Shown: positions 45,349 through 54,012 of the stretch, piece after piece
Layout: every line of letters starts with the position of its first letter
How positions within the stretch are numbered: position 1 is the first letter of the stretch
Source of the DNA: Planctomycetota bacterium
GTDB lineage: Bacteria; Planctomycetota; UBA11346
DNA length: 60,711 nt
NCBI GenBank assembly: GCA_038213805.1
Contig: JBBQSO010000027.1
Span: 1 to 60,711 of the forward strand
Direction: 5' to 3'
Notes under the pieces: generated by a model
The model's input: only the letters and a program-made list of their open reading frames with translations
What the model was told of the DNA's origin: nothing
The model's database searches: none
Program-made: the position numbers and the translations under genes

Positions 45349-46155
45349 ATGCACCTCCTCGCTGTCATCCTCATCGCTGGCGCCGGCCTCTGCTACTGTG
45401 CGGCGGCCGTGCTGCGCTGGCGGCAGATGGGCCGTCAGGACGATCCGCGCGCCGGCTACCTGTGGCCGGTGTGGGTGGGCCTTGGCCTGCACACCGCGAG
45501 CATGATTCTGAGCCTGCTCGATCCCAGCGAGCGCGACTTCGCCTATGGCGTGCTCGGGGTATGGGCGGCGGTCGCCAGCCTGCTGTTCTTCAACCGCTAC
45601 CTGGCGGTACCGAGCCGCAGCCTGCTGGTGCTGCCGGTCGGGGGCATGGCTCTGCTGGTTGCCATGTCCGCGCTCGCCGGCCCGCCGCCCGTTCCCGTCC
45701 ATGATCCCAGCCCGGCCGCCACCGGTACGCCGCTGATCGTCCTGGTGCATGTGGTGTTCATGTCCGCGCACCTCGCCTGCATGCTGGTCTGCGGCGCCTC
45801 AGGCGGGCTCTACCTGCTCGCCGCCAAACAGCTCAAGTCGCCCTCGGTGCGCGCCCTGCGCCTGCCCGCCCTGCCGCCCCTGGAGCGCTTCACCGAACGT
45901 ACCCTGGTCGCCGCCACCGCGCTGCTGCTGGGCGGCCTCGCCACCGGTGGCGCGGCCATGCAGCTGTCGCGCATGGTCAGCATCGGCAGCCCGACCATCG
46001 TTCTCGCCCTGCTCACCATGGTGCTGCTGGTGGTGGTGCTTGCGCTGCGCGCCGCCGCGCGCATCAGCCGGCGCGGCATCGCACTGACCGCGGTGGTGTG
46101 CATGCTCGTCGCCGCGCTCGGGGCGGTCAGTCAGCTCGTGGCCAAGCATGGCTGA
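45349..46155 (+). CDS. Cytochrome c assembly (CcsA/HemX-like) membrane protein
   Basis: About 8 TM helices; GLHT, VHVVF, LYLLAAKQLKS..LPALPPLE; overlaps the hemA start; no clear WWD motif. Confidence 0.75.
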   Translation: MHLLAVILIAGAGLCYCAAAVLRWRQMGRQDDPRAGYLWPVWVGLGLHTASMILSLLDPSERDFAYGVLGVWAAVASLLFFNRYLAVPSRSLLVLPVGGMALLVAMSALAGPPPVPVHDPSPAATGTPLIVLVHVVFMSAHLACMLVCGASGGLYLLAAKQLKSPSVRALRLPALPPLERFTERTLVAATALLLGGLATGGAAMQLSRMVSIGSPTIVLALLTMVLLVVVLALRAAARISRRGIALTAVVCMLVAALGAVSQLVAKHG

Positions 46156-47437
46156 GCCCGATCCCGCCGCCCCCGTCCGCGAGTTGCCCCTGATGGTGAT
46201 CGGCGTCGACCACCACCGTACGCCGGTCGAGGTGCGCGAGCGCCTCGCCGTCGACGCCGGCGCGCTCGACGGGCTGCTCGCCGCGTTGGCTGCGCTGCCC
46301 GGCGGCGGCGAGGCGGTGGTGGTGTCGACCTGCAACCGCCTCGAGTGCTACCTGGGCGGCTCGCCCGACCGCCGTCAGGTCCTCACCCTGCTCGCCGAGC
46401 GCCAGGGACTCGACACCGAACTGCTCGACCGCCATCTCTACCACCACCAGGGCCGCCACGGCGTGCGCCACCTCTTCCGCGTGGTCAGCGGGCTCGAAAG
46501 CCTGGTCATCGGTGAATACCAGATCGTCCACCAGATCAAGACCGCCTACGACCAGGCGCAATCGGCCAAGGTCACCGGGCCGCTGCTCAACCCGCTCTTC
46601 CAGCGCGCCCTGGCGGTGGCCAAGGACGTGCGCAACCAGACCGCTATCGGCAAGCATAAGCTGTCGGTGGCCTCAGTGGCGGTCGACCTCGCCAAGCACA
46701 TCCACGGCGAGTTGTCCCAGGCGCGCCTGCTGGTGGTCGGCGCCGGCGAGATCGCCGAGTTGGCGGTGAAATACCTGGTCAGCGCCGGGGTGCGTCGCCT
46801 CAGCATCGTCAACCGCAGTCCCGAGCGTGCCGCGGCGCTCGCGGCCGAATTGACCACCACCGACTTCAAGCCCGAGGTGCTGCCCTGGTCCGCACTCGGC
46901 GAGGCGCTCGCCGCGCACGACATCGTGGTCAGCTCGACCGCCGCGCCGCACGCGGTGATCCTGGCCAGTGACGTGCGCAGCGCGCGCAAGCGTCGGCGCA
47001 GCCCGCTCATGCTCATCGACCTGGCGGTGCCGCGCGACGTCGAGCCGGCGGTGGCTGGGCTCGACGACGTCTACCTCTACAACATCGACCACCTCGACGC
47101 GGTGGTCGCCTCCAACCGCCAGCTGCGCGTCGAAGAGGTCGACGCCGCCGCGGCCCTGGTCGACACCATGGTCGCGTCCTACGCCACCGATGTCCGCCAC
47201 GACAAGGCGGCGCTGCTCGCCCAGGTCGCCGGCTACTTCCAGGATGTGGTCGCCGCCGAGGAGGTGCGCCTGCGCACCAAGCTCGGCCTCGCCGACTCCG
47301 CCGACCTGCGCTACGGCCTCGAGCGCGTCGGCAACAAGCTGCAGCACCAGGTGCTCAAATACCTGCGCGAGCATGCCGGGGATCCGCAGGCGGAGCGCGC
47401 GGTGCGGGCGATGCTTGGGCTGATGGCTGATGGCTGA
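46148..47437 (+). CDS. hemA: Glutamyl-tRNA reductase
   Basis: GVDHHRTPVEVRERL, STCNRLE, HLFRVVSGLES, GEYQI, GAGEIA, DLAVPRDVE, LYNIDHL. Confidence 0.96.
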   Translation: MAEPDPAAPVRELPLMVIGVDHHRTPVEVRERLAVDAGALDGLLAALAALPGGGEAVVVSTCNRLECYLGGSPDRRQVLTLLAERQGLDTELLDRHLYHHQGRHGVRHLFRVVSGLESLVIGEYQIVHQIKTAYDQAQSAKVTGPLLNPLFQRALAVAKDVRNQTAIGKHKLSVASVAVDLAKHIHGELSQARLLVVGAGEIAELAVKYLVSAGVRRLSIVNRSPERAAALAAELTTTDFKPEVLPWSALGEALAAHDIVVSSTAAPHAVILASDVRSARKRRRSPLMLIDLAVPRDVEPAVAGLDDVYLYNIDHLDAVVASNRQLRVEEVDAAAALVDTMVASYATDVRHDKAALLAQVAGYFQDVVAAEEVRLRTKLGLADSADLRYGLERVGNKLQHQVLKYLREHAGDPQAERAVRAMLGLMADG

Positions 47438-47695
47438 TGGCGGACAGCGGACAGCGGACAGCGGACAGCTGACAGCAGATAAAACAGGAGGCGCGGAGAC
47501 GCGGAGGGGAGAGGAGGACAGCCTTAAGGGGTCGGTTATCTCTGGGCTCCTGGGTGCGTACGAGTCCTGGGTTACTGGGCGCGCTATCCACGCGTACCTG
47601 CTTATTCTCCTCCTCTGATCTCCGCGTCTCCGCGCCTCCTGTTTTATCCGCTGTCGCAGTCAGCCATCAGCCATCAGCCATCAGCCATCAGCCAT
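47418..47695. mobile_element. MITE/REP-like element: heptamer arrays flanking 50-bp inverted arms and an ~85-bp core
   Basis: Left arm GACAGCAGATAAAACAGGAGGCGCGGAGACGCGGAG.. (47471-47520) is the reverse complement of 47606-47655 with 5 mismatches; flanked by (GCTGATG)n(GCGGACA)n and (CAGCCAT)n. Mobility is inferred, not shown. Confidence 0.6.
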
Positions 47696-48301
47696 TCACA
47701 CCTTCTTCGTCCGCCGGTACTGCCAGCTCGCCAGGATTCCGCCGAAGAATCCGCCACAGTGCATCTCCCAGCTCACTTGGAGGGTGGGTGCGTGGGTCAG
47801 GGTGGGCGGCAGGGCGGCGGTCAGGCCGGAACCGAATAACACCAGCGTGGCGAGGCCCAGGAAGATGGCGAAGAGGTCGCGACGGAACACGCCGTTGGCG
47901 AGCAGGAAGCCCATCAGGCCGAAGATCACTCCACTTGCGCCGATGTGCACCTCGCCGGGATGGTTCCAGCTGCCAAAACACCACGTGAAGGCGCCGGCGC
48001 AGAGCATCGCGTAGCCGACGGCCGCGCCGGTCAGGGCGCGGCTGTAGCCGCAGCTCGCCCAACCGAGGATCAGCAGCCCGACGCTATTCGCGGCGATGTG
48101 CGCGACGCTGGCGTGCAGGAAGTGCGAGGTGAGGATGCCGATCAGACCGTGCACCGTGCGCGGCCGCAGGCCAAGGGTGTCGGCGAGCGAATAGCCGAGC
48201 AGGCTGTAGAGCGCGACCTGGATGATGTAGACCACCCACAACAGCGCGAGCCAGCCCACGACCACTTGGAGGTCGCCGGCTGGCCCGCGTCTGGATGCCA
48301 T
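47696..48301 (-). CDS. Rhomboid-family intramembrane serine protease
   Basis: GILTSHFLHASVAHIAAN, HIGASG, SWEMHCGGF. Confidence 0.93.
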   Translation of the reverse strand: MASRRGPAGDLQVVVGWLALLWVVYIIQVALYSLLGYSLADTLGLRPRTVHGLIGILTSHFLHASVAHIAANSVGLLILGWASCGYSRALTGAAVGYAMLCAGAFTWCFGSWNHPGEVHIGASGVIFGLMGFLLANGVFRRDLFAIFLGLATLVLFGSGLTAALPPTLTHAPTLQVSWEMHCGGFFGGILASWQYRRTKKV

Positions 48302-48331
48302 GGAAACGTCGCCCGCAGGGGCGCCTTCGAC

Positions 48332-48967
48332 TTACTTGGGGATGACGATGATCTCGACGCGGCGGTTCTTGGCGCGTGCGGCCTCGCCGCTGCCGGATGC
48401 GACGGCGCGCTCCTGGCCGTATCCGGCAAAGCCGAGATCGGCGGCGGGGATGTGGCGCTCAAGCAGGTAGTGCAGCACCGACTGGGCACGGCCACCGGAG
48501 AGATCCCAGTTGTCGTCCCACTTGTCCTTGGTGCGGCGGATCGGCTGATCGTCGGTGAAACCTTCGACGCGGATGTAGTTGTTCTTGTACTTCTCGTTGA
48601 TAAGCGCGACGACCTTGTTCAGGGTCGACTTGGCGGTCAGGCTGAGGTCCGAAGAACCCGCCTTAAAGAGAATCGAATTCTCGATGGTGAAGACGATCTC
48701 CTTGTTGCGCTCGCCCCAACCGACGCCCGGCAGGTGCTCCTGGATCGCGGCGTTTTGCTTGGCGGGGTTGCCTTCAGTGGTTCTCAGCGTGTCGTGGATG
48801 GTCGCTGCGTCCTTGGCCGCCAACTTCTCTTCCAGATCCTTGATCTGGCGCTGGTACTCCTCGATTTCGACATCGCGGTAGTTGACCGTGCGCGCATCGC
48901 CGCAGCCGATCAGGTTGAGGGAGGCGACGGCGACCACGCAGGCGACGAGGAGACGGTAGGTGTTCAT
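48332..48967 (-). CDS. OmpA/MotB-family peptidoglycan-binding lipoprotein
   Basis: Lipobox LIGC; ILFKAGS, IRVEGFTDDQP, NWDLSGGRAQSV, AKNRRVEI. Confidence 0.92.
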   Translation of the reverse strand: MNTYRLLVACVVAVASLNLIGCGDARTVNYRDVEIEEYQRQIKDLEEKLAAKDAATIHDTLRTTEGNPAKQNAAIQEHLPGVGWGERNKEIVFTIENSILFKAGSSDLSLTAKSTLNKVVALINEKYKNNYIRVEGFTDDQPIRRTKDKWDDNWDLSGGRAQSVLHYLLERHIPAADLGFAGYGQERAVASGSGEAARAKNRRVEIIVIPK

Positions 48968-49139
48968 GGACAAGGTTTCTAGCGGGGTTGGGTGCGCTTG
49001 GCAAGATCCGGTTGGAGAATGCGTTGCGTCCAGGCCTAGGGGTTGGAGGGACGTTGGGATGCGAAAGGGCAACAGGGGAGGATGGGGGCGGTTCTGAAGG
49101 TGTTACCGCCCCCGAGCATCCGCTCGCGGCGGGCAGCTC

Positions 49140-50222
49140 CTACTTCTTCCCCCGCAGGTGCCCCAGCACGGCGTCGGCCATCTCGCGGGTGGTCAGCACC
49201 GGCAGACCGGCCTGCTTGATATCCCCGGTGCGCTTGCCCTCCTTCAGGACAGCGCGGATCGCGGTCTCGATGGCGATGGCCTCGGCCTCGAGTTTGAGAC
49301 CGTAGCGTAGCAGCAGGGCGGCGCTGCCGATCATCGCCAGGGGGTTGGCTTTCTGCTGGCCGGCAATGTCGGGGGCCGAGCCGTGGATGGGCTCGAAGAA
49401 GCCGACCGGGCCGCCGACCGAGGCTGAGGCGAGCATGCCGATCGAGCCAGTGAGCTGGCTCGACTCGTCAGAGAGGATATCGCCGAAGATGTTGCCGGTG
49501 ACGATGACGTCGAACTGCTTGGGATCGCGGATCAGCTGCATGGCCGCGTTGTCGACGTACATGTGGCTGAGGGCGACGTCGGGGTACGCCTTGGCGACGC
49601 CGATCACGGTGTCGCGCCAGAGCTGGCTGGATTCCAGCACGTTGGCCTTGTCGACCGAACACACCTTCTTGCGCCGGCCGCGCGCGATTTCGAAGGCCAT
49701 CTTCGCGATGCGCTCGATTTCGTAGACGTGGTAGACTTCGGTGTTGTATCCGCGGCGCTGGGGGCCCTCGCCGTCGATGCCGCGCGGAGTGCCGAAGTAG
49801 ATGCCGCCGGTCAGCTCGCGCAGCACCATGATGTCGGTGCCGCGCAGGACCTCGGGCTTGAGCGAGCTGGCGTCGATCAGCTCGTCGAAGACCACCGCCG
49901 GGCGCAGGTTTGCGAATGCGCCGAGCTCCTTGCGCAGCTTGAGCAGGCCGGCCTCGGGCTTGAGGTGGTGGGCGACCTTTTCCCATTTGGGGCCGCCGAT
50001 GGCGCCGAAGAGCAGGGCGTGGCTGTCCTTGACCCCCTTGAGGGTGGCGTCCGGCAGGGGCACGCCGTGGGCGTCCAGGGCGGCACCGCCGGCCAGATAC
50101 TCGGGGAAGGTGAAGGTGTGGCCGAACCGCTCGCCGATCGCCTGCATGACGCGCACGCCTTCGATGCCGACCTCCTGGCCGATGCCGTCACCGTGGATGA
50201 CCGAGATGGTGTAGTTCGCCAT
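49140..50222 (-). CDS. leuB: 3-isopropylmalate dehydrogenase
   Basis: [62 protein letters not shown]. Confidence 0.97.
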   Translation of the reverse strand: MANYTISVIHGDGIGQEVGIEGVRVMQAIGERFGHTFTFPEYLAGGAALDAHGVPLPDATLKGVKDSHALLFGAIGGPKWEKVAHHLKPEAGLLKLRKELGAFANLRPAVVFDELIDASSLKPEVLRGTDIMVLRELTGGIYFGTPRGIDGEGPQRRGYNTEVYHVYEIERIAKMAFEIARGRRKKVCSVDKANVLESSQLWRDTVIGVAKAYPDVALSHMYVDNAAMQLIRDPKQFDVIVTGNIFGDILSDESSQLTGSIGMLASASVGGPVGFFEPIHGSAPDIAGQQKANPLAMIGSAALLLRYGLKLEAEAIAIETAIRAVLKEGKRTGDIKQAGLPVLTTREMADAVLGHLRGKK

Positions 50223-50385
50223 GGTAAAGCTGCTCCTGGAGCGGATTTCGCGGATTTCGGGGAAGGGCAGCACGGTATGCCCGTCCCGCCCCTGTAAAGG
50301 CCCGGGGGGCCGGCGGGTGGGGGAAACTCCAACATCGCGCCGAGCTGCATTCCTGGTAGGCTGCCTTGTACCCAGCGGAGGTTCC

Positions 50386-50898
50386 ATGTCCCGCCTCGCC
50401 GTGCTCATGCTCGCCAGCTGCCTGCTCGCCCCGACCCTGCTGTCCGCAGCCGCCGCCCAGGATGGCGGCAAGGCTCGCCCCAAGGGCATGCAGCCGATGT
50501 CCCTGATCGAGCGCCTCGACCGGCTCGGTGGCACCGGCAAGGAGGGGGACGAGGCGCTCGCTGCCTGGGTCGCCCGCATCAAGGAGAAGCGTCCGGAGGA
50601 GTTCGCCAAGCTCGACGCCGATGGCGACGGCACGATCAGCCCGGCCGAAGCGAAGGCCGCGCGTGACCATGCTGAAGAGCTGCTCAAGGACAACTATCCC
50701 GAGCTGTTCGCCCGCTTCGACACCGACCACGACGGCCACCTCAGCCATGGCGAGGTCCAGGCTGCCCGCGAGGCCCTGCGCGCGGCCCGCAAGGACCGTC
50801 CAGCCGAGGGCCATCCCGAGCCCGCTTCCGCATCTGGTCCGGCCGTCCCCCCGGTCGAGCTCAAAGAGCACCCGACCGGTCCCGCTCCAAAGTTCTGA
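50386..50898 (+). CDS. Exported EF-hand calcium-binding protein
   Basis: Signal peptide; [12 protein letters not shown] and [14 protein letters not shown]-hand loops. Confidence 0.85.
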   Translation: MSRLAVLMLASCLLAPTLLSAAAAQDGGKARPKGMQPMSLIERLDRLGGTGKEGDEALAAWVARIKEKRPEEFAKLDADGDGTISPAEAKAARDHAEELLKDNYPELFARFDTDHDGHLSHGEVQAAREALRAARKDRPAEGHPEPASASGPAVPPVELKEHPTGPAPKF

Positions 50899-50988
50899 GC
50901 GGCGCGCCGGTCGACGGTGCGCCCTGACGGGGCTTGGGTTTCGCGCAAGGTTTCCTAGGGTTCCGGGCACTACCTTCCGGAGAACCCC

Positions 50989-51549
50989 ATGTCCCTGCTT
51001 CCCCAGCTTCTCGTCCCGCTCCTGGTCATCGCCGCGGCCACGGTGCTGCCCGCCGCCGAAGGCAAGGGCGGCGCGCTTGGCTTCACCTTGACCTCCATCG
51101 ACGGCAAACCCTATCCGCTCGCCCAGCACCTGGGTGAAGTGGTCATGCTGGTCAACGTCGCATCGCGCTGCGGCAACACCCCGCAATATTCCGGCCTCGA
51201 AGCGATCTACGACAAGTACAAGGCCAAGGGTTTTGTCGTCATCGGCGTGCCCGCGAACAATTTCGGCGGCCAGGAGCCGGGCAGCAACGAGGACATCAAG
51301 GCGTTCTGCACCTCGACCTACCAGGTCGCCTTCCCGATGATGGCAAAGGTCAGCGTCAAGGGTGCGGACATGGACCCGCTCTACGCCTGGCTGACCACCA
51401 AGAGCCCCAAGCCCGGCGAGGTCGGCTGGAACTTCGCCAAGTTCCTCATCGATCGCAAAGGCGCGGTCGTCGATCGCTTCGATCCCAAGACCAAGCCCCA
51501 GGATCCCACGGTGATCGCGGCGATCGAAAAGGCGCTGTCCGCGAAGTGA
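50989..51549 (+). CDS. Glutathione peroxidase family protein (Cys-type, with signal peptide)
   Basis: VNVASRCGNTPQY, PANNFGGQEPG, WNFAKFL. Confidence 0.95.
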   Translation: MSLLPQLLVPLLVIAAATVLPAAEGKGGALGFTLTSIDGKPYPLAQHLGEVVMLVNVASRCGNTPQYSGLEAIYDKYKAKGFVVIGVPANNFGGQEPGSNEDIKAFCTSTYQVAFPMMAKVSVKGADMDPLYAWLTTKSPKPGEVGWNFAKFLIDRKGAVVDRFDPKTKPQDPTVIAAIEKALSAK

Positions 51550-51574
51550 TCTGAACACTTTGCAGGTCCACATG

Positions 51575-51614
51575 GGACGGCCGCTGGCTTGCCAGCGGCC
51601 GTCCTGTTTTTTTT
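51575..51614 (+). terminator. Rho-independent terminator
   Basis: GGACGGCCGCTGGC-TT-GCCAGCGGCCGTCC followed by TG and a T8 tract. Confidence 0.9.
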
Positions 51615-51747
51615 GGGACGCAACGTGCGGAGTGGGCATGCCACCTGATTCGGCGCATCCCGCTCTGGCGCTGCGTCGAGAAACCACGGGATGCCGCGGA
51701 TGCTCGCACCTGCAACCAGTCCCGTGTACCGATGACATGGGCCCGGA

Positions 51748-51765
51748 CCGTTACCCGCCCGTTAC
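51748..51765 (+). promoter_or_regulatory. Candidate OmpR/PhoB-family binding site (CCGTTAC direct repeat, 11-bp period)
   Basis: CCGTTAC-ccgc-CCGTTAC upstream of a TAATCT hexamer and the VWA gene. Confidence 0.35.
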
Positions 51766-51835
51766 GCCCCCTTCACCTCACCGCGCTAATCTCCCTGCAG
51801 CCGCCCACCCCACCTCGCGGCGCCAGGAGCCAGCC

Positions 51836-53071
51836 ATGCGCAGCACCATCCGTTCAACGATCCCGTCCCTCTGCGCTGCGATCGCCCTGGGCCTCGCGAC
51901 CGGCGCGGTCCCCATGCGGGTCGGCGCGGCAGAGGCGGAGAAGGTCGCGGTGGCCGATTCCATGTTCGGATCGCCCGCTGGTGCCGGGCATCTGCCAGCG
52001 CCGTTTCCCGCGCAGCGTCCGCGCATCGACGTGGTGTTCGTGCTCGACACCACCGGCAGCATGGCCGGGCTGATCGCCGGGGCGAAGGCCAAGGTCTGGT
52101 CGATCGCAAACCATCTCGCCACCGCCAAGCCCGCGCCGCTCATCCGCATGGGCCTGGTCGGCTACCGCGACCGTGGCGACGAGTATGTCACCACCGTCAC
52201 CCCGCTGACCGACGACCTCGATGCGGTCTACGGCAAGCTGATGGGCTTCGCCGCCAATGGCGGTGGCGACACTCCGGAAAGCGTCAACCAGGCGCTGAAC
52301 GAGGCGGTGTCGCAGGTGGCGTGGAATCCCGATCCCGCGGTCTACAAAGTGATTTTCCTGGTCGGCGACGCGCCGCCACACATGGACTACGGCGACGACG
52401 TCCACTACCCGCAGACCTGCATCGCGGCGGTGCGGGCCGGCATCGTCATCAACACCATCCAGTGCGGCGCCGCCGTCGACACCCACACGATCTGGCAGGA
52501 TATCGCGCAGCGCAGCGAAGGCACCTACGCCCAGGTTGAGCAGGACGGCGGCGCGGTCGAAGTCGCCACGCCCTACGACGCCGACATGGCGCGGCTCTCG
52601 GCGATGGTCGAGACCACGCGCGTCTACTACGGTGACGCGCGCCAGCAGATGGTGGCCAAGGCGCGCGTCGACGCCGCCAAGGAGGTCTGCGCGAGCGCGC
52701 CGGTCTCCGCCGTGGCGTCACGCGCCGCCTACAACGCCTGTCCCGCCGGCGCCGCCAACTTCGCCGGCCGCCAGGAGCTGGTCGCGGACGATGCCGCGGG
52801 TTCCGTGCAGGTCGAGGCGCTGCCCAGTGAGCAGCTGCCCCAGGAATGGCGCGACCTGGATGCCGGCACACGCAAGGCCAAGCTCGCAGAGCTGACCGCG
52901 CGTCGCCAGACGTTGCAGCAGCAGATCTCCGACCTGCAGAAGCTGCGCGGCGCCTACATCGCCGGTGAACTGGCCAAGAGCGGCGGCAAGGCCGACCAGG
53001 CCTTCGACGCCGCCATCGTCAAGGGCACCACCGAGCAGGCGGCGCGGAAGGGCATCGTGCTGGGGAAGTGA
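51836..53071 (+). CDS. Exported VWA-domain protein
   Basis: Signal peptide; MIDAS DTTGSM; GYRDRGD, GGGDTPESV, VGDAPPH; AGGAG Shine-Dalgarno. Confidence 0.9.
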   Translation: MRSTIRSTIPSLCAAIALGLATGAVPMRVGAAEAEKVAVADSMFGSPAGAGHLPAPFPAQRPRIDVVFVLDTTGSMAGLIAGAKAKVWSIANHLATAKPAPLIRMGLVGYRDRGDEYVTTVTPLTDDLDAVYGKLMGFAANGGGDTPESVNQALNEAVSQVAWNPDPAVYKVIFLVGDAPPHMDYGDDVHYPQTCIAAVRAGIVINTIQCGAAVDTHTIWQDIAQRSEGTYAQVEQDGGAVEVATPYDADMARLSAMVETTRVYYGDARQQMVAKARVDAAKEVCASAPVSAVASRAAYNACPAGAANFAGRQELVADDAAGSVQVEALPSEQLPQEWRDLDAGTRKAKLAELTARRQTLQQQISDLQKLRGAYIAGELAKSGGKADQAFDAAIVKGTTEQAARKGIVLGK

Positions 53072-53113
53072 GGGGCATCATGGTCTTTAGGGGCTTAGCG
53101 CGAGCCGCTAGGC

Positions 53114-53184
<71 letters not shown>

Positions 53185-53255
53185 AAGGAGTGCCTCCAGG
53201 ACAGCAGGGCGCACATGGGAACGGTATGCCTCCCCTTGCGCCTAGCGCCCCCGCT

Positions 53256-53930
53256 TCAGAAGCGGAAACCCAACCCGATGCGCGACCACGTCTCCATGCC
53301 GGAAAAAGAGGTGTCGATCGCGACGGTGGTGGTGCCGCCCACGGAGGTGACGGTGGTCGATTCGTTGGCGAACCACCACGTCACGCCCACGCCGGCGGTC
53401 AGCACGGCGCGGCGGAAGAGCGTGAATTGCAACTCGGTGCCGAGTGCCCACTCGTAGCGCAGCGGTGAGACCGAGCCGCTCACTGGACCCTGGTCGGTCG
53501 GGTAGTTGTCGAAATGCCCACTCTGGAACCCGACGCCGGCGCGGCCGAAGACCGCCAGCCCGGGATCGAAGTTCGTGGGATGTACGGAGGGCAGAAAGTG
53601 GAACATCACCCCGCCGGTCAGGGCGAGCATAAGCGCATGCACATCGATGTCGCCGCCGGGGAAACTCCCTTCGCGGGTGTCCCAGCTCACGTGCAGGCCG
53701 CCCCAGGGTCCGATCACCTCGTCGGGCTCGGAGCCGAGACGCAGCTCGGCGCCGTAGCGCTCGGCCTTCGACCAGCGTCCCTGCACGCCGACCAGGTCGA
53801 AGTCCCTGCTCATCAGCGGTTCCCAGATCGCCACCAGTTCAAGCGGGGTTAGGCCATCCTGGGTCCACACCGACGCCGCCGCGGGCGCAGCCGCTGCGCA
53901 AAGGACGACGAGGACGAGGGGGACGCGCAT
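53256..53930 (-). CDS. Small outer-membrane beta-barrel protein
   Basis: Signal peptide MRVPLVLVVLCAAAAPAAA; alternating beta-strands; C-terminal RIGLGFRF resembling a BAM beta-signal. Confidence 0.75.
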   Translation of the reverse strand: MRVPLVLVVLCAAAAPAAASVWTQDGLTPLELVAIWEPLMSRDFDLVGVQGRWSKAERYGAELRLGSEPDEVIGPWGGLHVSWDTREGSFPGGDIDVHALMLALTGGVMFHFLPSVHPTNFDPGLAVFGRAGVGFQSGHFDNYPTDQGPVSGSVSPLRYEWALGTELQFTLFRRAVLTAGVGVTWWFANESTTVTSVGGTTTVAIDTSFSGMETWSRIGLGFRF

Positions 53931-54012
53931 GCGCAGAGGATTCTGGCGCGCGGCCAGCCCACAAGGGATGGCTGCGCGTTCTTCCACGGTGCGGTGAGGC
54001 GCTGGCCCGTCC

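Noticed and set aside
47430..47618. 62-aa ORF inside the hairpin element, faintly recalling GxxExxY proteins (GLLGAYE)
   Set aside because: Mostly translated repeat sequence; the key Glu is missing and the similarity is too weak to call.
50989..51549. Selenocysteine in the glutathione peroxidase
   Set aside because: The active-site codon is TGC (Cys) and the frame is uninterrupted.
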